From NCBI GenBank assembly GCA_027923505.1, contig BROI01000013.1, positions 496,001 through 560,000 of the forward strand: DNA of 64,000 nucleotides. Direction: 5' to 3'. This stretch comes from Mayamaea pseudoterrestris. Lineage: Eukaryota. Shown one piece after another: positions 44,223 through 56,200 of this stretch. Within the stretch, counting starts at the first letter, position 1; each line of letters starts with the position of its first letter. The translations under genes and the position numbers were made by a program. Under the pieces are notes generated by a model. It was given only the letters and a program-made list of their open reading frames with translations. It searched no databases and was not told the DNA's origin.

Positions 44223-47200
44223 TGACGGCATCTGCGGGCTGAGACTGGTGACAAGTTGTCACCAAATACATTGCCATCCCCTGAGACACCAGCGAAGCCT
44301 ACCACCTTGTAGCGCAGCCGGAATAATGACGTTGGCACCATTCTGGTGTATTTTGGGCACCTACAGGGCTTGCTGTAGGGGCGTTTGAATGTCATGGCAT
44401 CTGCGGGCTGAGACTGGTGACAAGTTGTCACCAAATACATTGCCATCCCCTGAGACACCAGCGAAGCCTACCATCTTGTAGCGCTGTCTGAATAATGACG
44501 TTGGCACCATTCTGGTGTATTTTGGGCACCTACAGGGCTTGCTGTAGGGGTGTTTGAATGTCACGGCATCTGCGGGCTGAGACTGGTGACAAGTTGTCAC
44601 CAAATACATTGCCATCCCCTGAGACACCAGCCAAGCCTACCATCTTGTAGCGCTGCCTGAATAATGATGTTGGCACCATTCTGGTGTATTTTGGGCACCT
44701 ACAGGGCTTGCTGTAGGGGCGTTTGAATGTCACGGCATCTGCGGGCTGAGACTGGTGACAAGTTGTCACCAAAGACATTGTCATCCCCTGAGACACCAGC
44801 CAAGCCTACCATCTTGTAGCGCAGCCTGATTAATGATGTTGGCACCATTCTGGTGTATTTTGGGCACCTACAGGGCTTGCTGTAGGGGCGTTTGAATGTC
44901 ACGGCATCTGCGGGCTGAGACTGGTGACAAGTTGTCACCAAATACATTGCCATCCCCTGAGACACCAGCCAAGCCTACCATCTTGTAGTGCAGCCTGAAT
45001 AATGATGTTGGCACCATTCTGGTGTATTTTGGGCACCTACAGGGCTTGCTGTAGGAGCGTTTGAATGTCCCGGCATCTGCGGGCTGAGACTGGTGACAAG
45101 TTGTCACCAAATACATTGCCATCCCCTGAGACACCAACCAAGCCTACCATCTAGTAACGCAGCCTGAACAATGAAGTTGGCACCATTCTGGTGTATTTTG
45201 GGCACCTACAGGGCTTGCTGTAGGGGCGTTTGAATGTCACGGCATCTGCGGGCTGAGACTGGTGACAAGTTGTCACCAAATACATTGCCATCCCCTGAGA
45301 CACCAGCCAAGCCTACCACCTTGTAGCGCTGCCTGAATAAGGACGTTGGCACCATTCTGGTGTATTTTGGGCACCTACAGGGCTTGCTGTAGGGGCGTTT
45401 GAATGTCACGGCATCTGCGGGCTGAGACTGGTGACAAGTTGTCACCAAATACATTTCCATCCCCTGAGACACCAACCAAGCCTACCATCTTGTAGCGCAG
45501 CCTGATTAATGATGTTGGCACCATTCTGGTGTATTTTGGGCACCTACAGGGCTTGCTGTAGGGGCGTTTGAATGTCACGGCATCTGCGGGCTGAGACTGG
45601 TGACAAGTTGTCACCAAATACATTGCCATCCCCTGAGACACCAGCCAAGCCTACCATCTTGTAGCGAGACTGGTGAAGTACCAAGCCCCTGAGACAGAAG
45701 TACCATTGAGCGCATTAATGATGTTGGCACCATTCTGGTGTATTTTGGGCACCTACAGGGCTTGCTGTAGGGGCGTTTGAATGTCACGGCATCTGCGGGC
45801 TGAGACTGGTGACAAGTTGTCACCAAATACATTGCCATCCCCTGAGACACCAGCCAAGCCTACCATCTTGTAGCGCAGCCTGAATAATGATGTTGGCACC
45901 ATTCTGGTGTATTTTGGGCACCTACAGGGCTTCCTGTAGGGGCAGACTGGTGACAAGTTGTCACCAAATACATTGCCATCCCCTGAGACACCAGCCAAGC
46001 CTACCATCTTGTAGTGCAGCCTGAATAATGATGTTGGCACCATTCTGGTGTATTTTGGGCACCTACAGGGCTTGCTGTAGGGGCGTTTGAATGTCACGGC
46101 ATCTGCGGGCTGAGACTGGTGACAAGTTGTCACCAAATACATTGCCATCCCCTGAGACACCAGCCAAGCCTAGCATCTTGTAGCGCTGCCTGAATAATGA
46201 GGTTGGCGCCATTTGGGTGTATTTTTGGGCACCTACAGGGCTTGCTGTAGGGGCATTTGAATGTCACGGCATCTGCGGGCTGAGACTGGTGACAAGTTGT
46301 CACCAAATACATTGCCATCCCCTGAGACACCAGCCAAGCCTACCATCTTGTAGCGCAGCCTGAATAATGATGTTGGCACCATTCTGGTGTATTTTGGGCA
46401 CCTACAGGGCTTGCTGTAGGGGCGTTTGAATGTCACGGCATCTGCGGGCTGAGACTGGTGACAAGTTGTCACCAAATACATTGCCATCCCCTGAGACACC
46501 AGCCAAGCCTACCATCTTGTAGCGCAGCCTGAATAATGATGTTGGCACCATTCTGGTGTATTTTGGGCACCTACAGGGCTTGCTGTAGGGGCGTTTGAAT
46601 GTCACGGCATCTGCGGGCTGAGACTGGTGACAAGTTGTCACCAAATCCATTGCCATCCCCTGAGACACCAGCCAAGCCTACCATCTTGTAGCGCAGCCTG
46701 AATAATGAGGTTGGCACCATTCTGGTGTATTTTGGGCACCTACAGGGCTTGCTGTAGGGGCGTTTGAATGTCACGGCATCTGCGGGCTGAGACTGGTGAC
46801 AAGTTGTCACCAAATGCATTGCCATCCCCTGAGACACCAGCCAAGCCTACCATCTTGTAGCGCAGCCTGAATAATGACGTTGGCACCATTCTGGTGTATT
46901 TTGGGCACCTACAGGGCTTGCTGTAGGGGCGTTTGAATGTCATGGCATCTGCGGGCTGAGACTGGTGACAAGTTGTCACCAAATACATTGCCATCCCCTG
47001 AGACACCAGCCAAGCCTACCATCTTGTAGCGCAGCCTGAATAATGACGTTGGCACCATTCTGGTGTATTTTAGGCACCTACAGGGCCTGCTGTAGGGGCG
47101 TTTGAATGTCACGGCATCTGCGGGCTGAGACTGGTGACAAGTTGTCACCAAATACATTGCCATCCCCTGAGACACCAGCCAAGCCTACCATCTTGTAGCG

Positions 47201-50200
47201 CAGCCTGAATAATGAGGTTGGCACCATTCTGGTGTGGTGTATTTTGGGCACCTACAGGGCTTGCTGTAGGGGCGTTTGAATGTCACGGCATCTGCGGGCT
47301 GAGACTGGTGACAAGTTGTCACCAAATACATTGCCATCCCCTGAGACACCAGCCAAGCCTACCATCTTGTAGCGCAGCCTGAACAATGAAGTTTGCACCA
47401 TTTGGGTGTATTTTGGGCACCTACAGGGCTTGCTGTAGGGGCGTTTGAATGTCACGGCATCTGCGGGCTGAGACTGGTGACAAGTTGTCACCAAATACAT
47501 TGCCATCCCCTGAGACACCAGCCAAGCCTACCATCTTGTAGCGCAGCCTGAATAATGATGTTGGCACCATTCTGGTGTATTTTGGGCACCTAGAGGGCTT
47601 GCTGTAGGGGCGTTTGAATGTCACGGCATCTGCGGGCTGAGACTGGTGACAAGTTGTCACCAAATACATTGCCATCCCCTGAGACACCAGCCAAGCCTAC
47701 CATCTTGTAGCGCAGCCTGAATAATGATGTTGGCACCATTCTGGTGTATTTTGGGCACCTACAGGGCTTGCTGTAGGGGCGTTTGAATGTCACGGCATCT
47801 GCGGGCTGAGACTGGTGACAAGTTGTCACCAAATGCATTGCCATCCCCTGAGACACCAGCCAAGCCTACCATCTTGTAGCGCAGCCTGAATAATGAAGTT
47901 GGCACCATTCTGGTGTATTTTGGGCACCTACAGGGCTTGCTGTAGGGGCGTTTGAATGTCACGGCATCTGCGGGCTGAGACTGGTGACAAGTTGTCACCA
48001 AATACATTGCCATCCCCTGAGACACCAGCCAAGCCTACCATCTTGTAGCGCAGCCTGAATAATGACGTTGGCACCATTCTGGTGTATTTTGGGCACCTAC
48101 AGGGCTTGCTGTAGGGGCGTTTGAATGTCATGGCATCTGCGGGCTGAGACTGGTGACAAGTTGTCACCAAATACATTGCCATCCCCTGAGACACCAGCCA
48201 AGCCTACCATCTTGTAGCGCTGTCTGAATAATGACGTTGGCACCATTCTGGTGTATTTTGGGCACCTACAGGGATTGCTGTAGGGGCGTTTAAATGTCAC
48301 GGCATCTGCGGGCTGAGACTGTTGACAAGTTGTCACCAAATACATTGCCATCCCCTGAGACACCAGCCAAGCCTACCATCTTGTAGCGCTGCCTGAATAA
48401 TGATGTTGGCACCACTCTGGTGTATTTTGGGCACCTACAGGGCTTGCTGTAGGGGTGTTTGAATGTCACGGCATCTGCGGGCTGAGACTGGTGACAAGTT
48501 GTCACCAAATACATTGCCATCCCCTGAGACACCAGCCAAGCCTACCATCTTGTAGCACTGGTACAATTCACCAAATTTCCCCTGAGACCAGTCCTTGTAG
48601 CGCAGCCTGATTAATGATGTTGGCACCATTCTGGTGTATTTTGGGCACCTACAGGGCTTGCTGTAGGGGCGTTTGAATGTCACGGCATCTGCGGGCTGAG
48701 ACTGGTGACAAGTTGTCACCAAATACATTGCCATCCCCTGAGACACCAGCCAAGCCTACCATCTTGTAGCGCAGCCTGAATAATGAGGTTGGCACCATTC
48801 TGGTGTATTTTGGGCACCTACAGGGCTTGCTGTAGGGGCGTTTGAATGTCACGGCATCTGTGGGCTGAGACTGGTGACAAGTTGTCACCAAATACATTGC
48901 CATCCCCTGAGACACCAGCCAAGCCTACCATCTTGTAGCGCAGCCTGAATAATGATGATGGCACCATTCTGGTGTATTTTGGGCACCTACAGGGCTTGCT
49001 GTAGGGGCGTTTGAATGTCACGGCATCTGCGGGCTGAGACTGGTGACAAGTTGTCACCAAATACATTGCCATCCCCTGAGACACCAGCCAAGCCTACCAT
49101 CTTGTAGCGCAGCCTGAATAATGAGGTTGGCACCATTCTGGTGTATTTTGGGCACCTACAGGGCTTGCTGTAGGGGCGTTTGAATGTCACGGCATCTGCG
49201 GGCTGAGACTGGTGACAAGTTGTCACCAAATACATTGCCATCCCCTGAGACACCAGCCAAGCCTACCATCTTGTAGCGCAGCCTGAATAATGAGGTTGGC
49301 ACCATTCTGGTGTATTTTGGGCACCTACAGGGCTTGCTGTAGGGGCGTTTGAATGTCATGGCATCTGCGGGCTGAGACTGGTGACAAGTTGTCACCAAAT
49401 ACATTGCCATCCCCTGAGACACCAGCCAAGCCTACCATCTTGTAGCGCAGCCTGAATAATGACGTTGGCACCATTCTGGTGTATTTTGGGCACCTACAGG
49501 GCTTGCTGTAGGTGCGTTTGAATGTCACGGCATCTGCGGGCTGAGACTGGTGACAAGTTGTCACCAAATACATTGCCATCCCCTGAGACACCAGCCAAGC
49601 CTACCATCTTGTAGCGCAGCCTGAATAATGAGGTTGGCACCATTCTGGTGTATTTTGGGCACCTACAGGGCTTGCTGTAGGGGCGTTTGAATGTCACGGC
49701 ATCTGCGGGCTGAGACTGGTGAAAAGTTGTCACCAAATACATTGCCATCCCCTGAGACACCAACCAAGCCTACCATCTTGTAGCGCAGCCTGAATAATGA
49801 GGTTGGCACCATTCTGGTGTATTTTGGGCACCTACAGGGCTTGCTGTAGGGGCGTTTGAATGTCACGGCATCTGCGGGCTGAGACTGGTGACAAGTTGTC
49901 ACCAAATACATTGCCATCCCCTGAGACACCAGCCAAGCCTACCATCTTGTAGCGCAGCCTGAATAATGAGGTTGGCACCATTCTGGTGTATTTTGGGCAC
50001 CTACAGGGCTTGCTGTAGGGGCGTTTGAATGTCACGGCATCTGTGCGGCTGAGACTGGTGACAAGTTGTCACCAAATACATTGCCATCCCCTGAGACACC
50101 AGCCAAGCCTACCATCTTGTAGCGCAGCCTGAATAATGACGTTGGCACCATTCTGGTGTATTTTGGGCACCTACAGGGCTTGCTGTAGGGGCGTTTGAAT

Positions 50201-53200
50201 GTCACGGCATCTGCGGGCTGAGACTGGTGACAAGTTGTCACCAAATACATTGCCATCCCCTGAGACACCAGCCAAGCCTACCATCTTGTAGCGCAGCCTG
50301 AATAATGAGGTTGGCACCATTCTGGTGTATTTTGGGCACCTACAGGGCTTGCTGTAGGGCGTTTGAATGTCAGGCATCTGCGGGCTGAGACTGGTGACAA
50401 GTTGTCACCAAATACATTGCCATCCCCTGAGACACCAGCCAAGCCTACCATCTTGTAGCGCAGCCTGAATAATGATGTTGGCACCATTCTGGTGTATTTT
50501 GGGCACCTACAGGGCTTGCTGTAGGGGCGTTTGAATGTCACGGCATCTGCGGGCTGAGACTGGTGACAAGTTGTCACCAAATACATTGCCATCCCCTGAG
50601 ACACCAACCAAGCCTACCATCTTGTAGCGCAGCCTGAACAATGACGTTGGCACCATTCTGGTGTATTTTGGGCACCTACAGGGCTTGCTGTAGGGGCGTT
50701 TGAATGTCACGGCATCTGCGGGCTGAGACTGGTGACAAGTTGTCACCAAATACATTGCCATCCCCTGAGACACCAGCCAAGCCTACCATCTTGTAGCGCA
50801 GCCTGAACAATGAAGTTTGCACCATTTGGGTGTATTTTGGGCACCTACAGGGCTTGCTGTAGGGGCGTTTGAATGTCACGGCATCTGCGGGCTGAGACTG
50901 GTGACAAGTTGTCACCAAATACATTGCCATCCCCTGAGACACCAACCAAGCCTACCACCTTGTAGCGCAGCCGGAGTAATGACGTTGGCACCATTCTGGT
51001 GTATTTTGGGCACCTACAGGGCTTGCTGTAGGGGCGTTTGAATGTCACGGCATCTGCGGGCTGAGACTGGTGACAAGTTGTCACCAAATACATTGCCATC
51101 CCCTGAAACACCAGCCAGGCTTACCATCTTGTAGCTCAGCCTGAATAATGACGTTAACACCATTCTGGTGTATTTTGTGCACCTACAGGGCTCGCTGTAG
51201 GGCGTTTGAATGTCACGGCAGCTGCGGGCTGAGACTGGTGACAAGTTGTCACCAAATACATTGCCATCCCCTGAGACACCAGCCAAGCCTACCATCTTGT
51301 AGCGCTGCCTGAATAATGAGGTTGGCACCATTCTGGTGTATTTTGGGCACCTACAGGGGGCTTGCTGTAGGGGCGTTTGAATGTCACGGCATCTGCGGGC
51401 TGAGACTGGTGACAAGTTGTCACCAAATACATTGCCATCCCCTGAGACACCAGCCAAGCCTACCATCTTGTAGCGCAGCCTGAATAATGATGTTGGCACC
51501 ATTCTGGTGTATTTTGGGCACCTACAGGGCTTGCTGTAGGGGCGTTTGAATGTCATGGCATCTGCGGGCTGAGACTGGTGACAAGTTGTCACCAAATACA
51601 TTGCCATCCCCTGAGACACCAGCCAAGCCTACCATCTTGTAGCGCAGCCTGAATAATGACGTTGGCACCATTCTGGTGTATTTTGGGCACCTACAGGGCT
51701 TGCTGTAGGGGCGTTTGAATGTCACGGCATCTGCGGGCTGAGACTGGTGACAAGTTGTCACCAAATACATTGCCATCCCCTGAGACACCAGCCAAGCCTA
51801 CCATCTTGTAGCGCAGCCTGAATAATGATGTTGGCACCATTCTGGTGTATTTGGGCACCTACAGGGCTTGCTGTAGGGGTGTTTGAATGTCACGGCATCT
51901 GCGGGCTGAGACTGGTGACAAGTTGTCACCAAATACATTGCCATCCCCTGAGACACCAGCCAAGCCTACCATCTTGTAGCGCAGCCTGAATAATGATGTT
52001 GGCACCATTTTGGTGTATTTTGGGCACCTACAGGGCTTGCTGTAGGGGCGTTTGAATGTCATGGCATCTGCGGGCTGAGACTGGTGACAAGTTGTCACCA
52101 AATACATTGCCATCCCCTGAGACACCAGCCAAGCCTACCATCTTGTAGCGCAGCCTGAATAATGAGGTTGGCACCATTCTGGTGTATTTTGGGCACCTAC
52201 AGGGCTTGCTGTAGGGGCGTTTGAATGTCACGGCATCTGCGGGCTGAGACTGGTGACAAGTTGTCACCAAATACATTGCCATCCCCTGAGACACCAACCA
52301 AGCCTACCATCTTGTAGCGCAGCCTGAATAATGAGGTTGGCACCATTCTAGTGTATTTCGGGCACCTACAGGGCTTGCTGTAGGGGCGTTTGAATGTCAC
52401 GGCATCTGCGGGCTGAGACTGGTGACAAGTTGTCACCAAATACATTGCCATCCCCTGAGACACCAGCCAAGCCTACCATCTTGTAGCGCTGCCTGAATAA
52501 TGACGTTGGCAAAATTCTGGTGTATTTTGGGCACCTACAGGGCTTGCTGTAGGGGCGTTTGAATGTCACGGCATCTGCGGGCTGAGACTGGTGACAAGTT
52601 GTCACCAAATACATTGCCATCCCCTGAGACACCAGCCAAGCCTACCATCTTGTAGCGCAGCCTGAATAATGAGGTTGGCACCATTCTGGTGTGGTGTATT
52701 TTGGGCACCTACAGGGCTTGCTGTAGGGGCGTTTGAATGTCACGGCATCTGCGGGCTGAGACTGGTGACAAGTTGTCACCAAATACATTGCCATCCCCTG
52801 AGACACCAGCCAAGCCTACCATCTTGTAGCGCAGCCTGAATAATGACGTTGGCACCATTCTGGTGTATTTTGGGCACCTACAGGGCCTGCTGTAGGGGCG
52901 TTTGAATGTCACGGCATCTGCAGGCTGAGACTGGTGACAAGTTGTCACCAAATACATTGCCATCCCCTGAGACACCAGCCAAGCCTACCATCTTGTAGCG
53001 CTGCCTGAATAATGAGGTTGGCACCATTCTGGTGTGGTGTATTTTGGGCACCTACAGGGCTTGCTGTAGGGGCGTTTGAATGTCACGGCATCTGCGGGCT
53101 GAGACTGGTGACAAGTTGTCACCAAATACATTGCCATCCCCTGAGACACCAGCCAAGCCTACCATCTTGTAGCGCAGCCTGAAAAATGACGTTGGCACCA

Positions 53201-56200
53201 TTCTGGTGTATTTTTGGATGCCTATAGGGCTTGCTGTAGGTGCGTTGAATGTAACGGCATCTGCGGGCTGAGACTGGTGACAAGTTGTCACCAAATACAT
53301 TGCCATCCCCTGAGACACCAGCCAAGCCTACCATCTTGTAGCGCAGCCTGAATAATGAGGTTGGCACCATTCTGGTGTATTTTGGGCACCTACAGGGCTT
53401 GCTGTAGGGGCGTTTGAATGTCACGGCATCTGCGGGCTGAGACTGGTGACAAGTTGTCACCAAATACATTGCCATCCCCTGAGACACCAGCCAAGCCTAC
53501 CATCTTGTAGCGCAGCCTGAATAATGACGTTGGCACCATTCTGGTGTATTTTGGGCACCTACAGGGCTTGCTGTAGGGGCGTTGAATGTCACGGCATCTG
53601 CGGGCTGAGACTGGTGACAAGTTGTCACCAAATACATTGCCATCCCCTGAGACACCAGCCAAGCCTACCATCTTGTAGCGCTGCCTGAATAATGAGGTTG
53701 GCACCATTCTGGTGTGGTGTATTTTGGGCACCTACAGGGCTTGCTGTAGGGGCGTTTGAATGTCACGGCATCTGCGGGCTGAGACTGGTGACAAGTTGTC
53801 ACCAAATACATTGCCATCCCCTGAGACACCAGCCAAGCCTACCATCTTGTAGCGCAGCCTGAATAATGATGCTGGCACCATTCTGGTGTATTTTGGGCAC
53901 CCACAGGGCTTGCTGTAGGGGCGTTTGAATGTCACGGCATCTGCGGGCTGAGACTGGTGACAAGTTGTCACCAAATACATTGCCATCCCCTGAGACACCA
54001 GCCAAGCCTACCATCTTGTAGCGCAGCCTGAATAATGACGTTGGCACCATTCTAGTGTATTTCGGGCACCTACAGGGCTTGCTGTAGGAGCATTGAATGT
54101 CACGGCATCTGCGGGCTGAGACTGGTGACAAGTTGTCACCAAATACATTGCCATCCCCTGAGACACCAGCCAACCTACCATCTTGTACGCACCTGAACAA
54201 TGGTTGGCACCATTCTGGTGTATTTTGGGCACCTACAGGCTTGCTGTAGGGGCGTTTGAATGTCACAGCACCTGCGGGCTGAGACTGGTGACAATTGTCA
54301 CCAAATACATTGCCATCCCCTGAGACACCAACCAAACCTACCACCTTGTAGCTCCTGCGAATAATGACGTTGGCACCATTCTGGTGTATTTTGGGCACCT
54401 ACAGGCTTGCTGTGGTTTGACTATCTCACGACATCTGCGGGCTGAGACTGGTGACAAGTTGTCACCAAAACATTGCCATCCCCTGAGACACCACCAAGCC
54501 TACCATCTTGTAGCGCACCTGAATAATGATGCTGGCACCATTCTGTGTATTTTGGTCACCAAATACATTGCCATCCCCTGAGACACCAGCCAAGCCTACC
54601 ATCTTGTAGCGCAGCCTGAATAATGAGGTTGGCACCATTCTGGTGTATTTTGGGCACCTACAGGGCTTGCTGTAGGGCGTTTGAATGTCAGGCATCTGCG
54701 GGCTGAGACTGGTGACAAGTTGTCACCAAATACATTGCCATCCCCTGAGACACCAGCCAAGCCTACCATCTTGTAGCGCAGCCTGAATAATGATGTTGGC
54801 ACCATTCTGGTGTATTTTGGGCACCTACAGGGCTTGCTGTAGGGGCGTTTGAATGTCACGGCATCTGCGGGCTGAGACTGGTGACAAGTTGTCACCAAAT
54901 ACATTGCCATCCCCTGAGACACCAACCAAGCCTACCATCTTGTAGCGCAGCCTGAACAATGACGTTGGCACCATTCTGGTGTATTTTGGGCACCTACAGG
55001 GCTTGCTGTAGGGGCGTTTGAATGTCACGGCATCTGCGGGCTGAGACTGGTGACAAGTTGTCACCAAATACATTGCCATCCCCTGAGACACCAGCCAAGC
55101 CTACCATCTTGTAGCGCAGCCTGAACAATGAAGTTTGCACCATTTGGGTGTATTTTGGGCACCTACAGGGCTTGCTGTAGGGGCGTTTGAATGTCACGGC
55201 ATCTGCGGGCTGAGACTGGTGACAAGTTGTCACCAAATACATTGCCATCCCCTGAGACACCAACCAAGCCTACCACCTTGTAGCGCAGCCGGAGTAATGA
55301 CGTTGGCACCATTCTGGTGTATTTTGGGCACCTACAGGGCTTGCTGTAGGGGCGTTTGAATGTCACGGCATCTGCGGGCTGAGACTGGTGACAAGTTGTC
55401 ACCAAATACATTGCCATCCCCTGAAACACCAGCCAGGCTTACCATCTTGTAGCTCAGCCTGAATAATGACGTTAACACCATTCTGGTGTATTTTGTGCAC
55501 CTACAGGGCTCGCTGTAGGGCGTTTGAATGTCACGGCAGCTGCGGGCTGAGACTGGTGACAAGTTGTCACCAAATACATTGCCATCCCCTGAGACACCAG
55601 CCAAGCCTACCATCTTGTAGCGCTGCCTGAATAATGAGGTTGGCACCATTCTGGTGTATTTTGGGCACCTACAGGGGGCTTGCTGTAGGGGCGTTTGAAT
55701 GTCACGGCATCTGCGGGCTGAGACTGGTGACAAGTTGTCACCAAATACATTGCCATCCCCTGAGACACCAGCCAAGCCTACCATCTTGTAGCGCAGCCTG
55801 AATAATGATGTTGGCACCATTCTGGTGTATTTTGGGCACCTACAGGGCTTGCTGTAGGGGCGTTTGAATGTCATGGCATCTGCGGGCTGAGACTGGTGAC
55901 AAGTTGTCACCAAATACATTGCCATCCCCTGAGACACCAGCCAAGCCTACCATCTTGTAGCGCAGCCTGAATAATGACGTTGGCACCATTCTGGTGTATT
56001 TTGGGCACCTACAGGGCTTGCTGTAGGGGCGTTTGAATGTCACGGCATCTGCGGGCTGAGACTGGTGACAAGTTGTCACCAAATACATTGCCATCCCCTG
56101 AGACACCAGCCAAGCCTACCATCTTGTAGCGCAGCCTGAATAATGATGTTGGCACCATTCTGGTGTATTTGGGCACCTACAGGGCTTGCTGTAGGGGTGT

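Noticed and set aside
44223..44391. 5S rRNA, tRNA, snRNA or spliced-leader tandem gene array
   Set aside because: No recognisable 5S/tRNA/snRNA sequence, Pol III A/B boxes or Sm-site context by eye. An Rfam/Infernal scan would be the definitive test.
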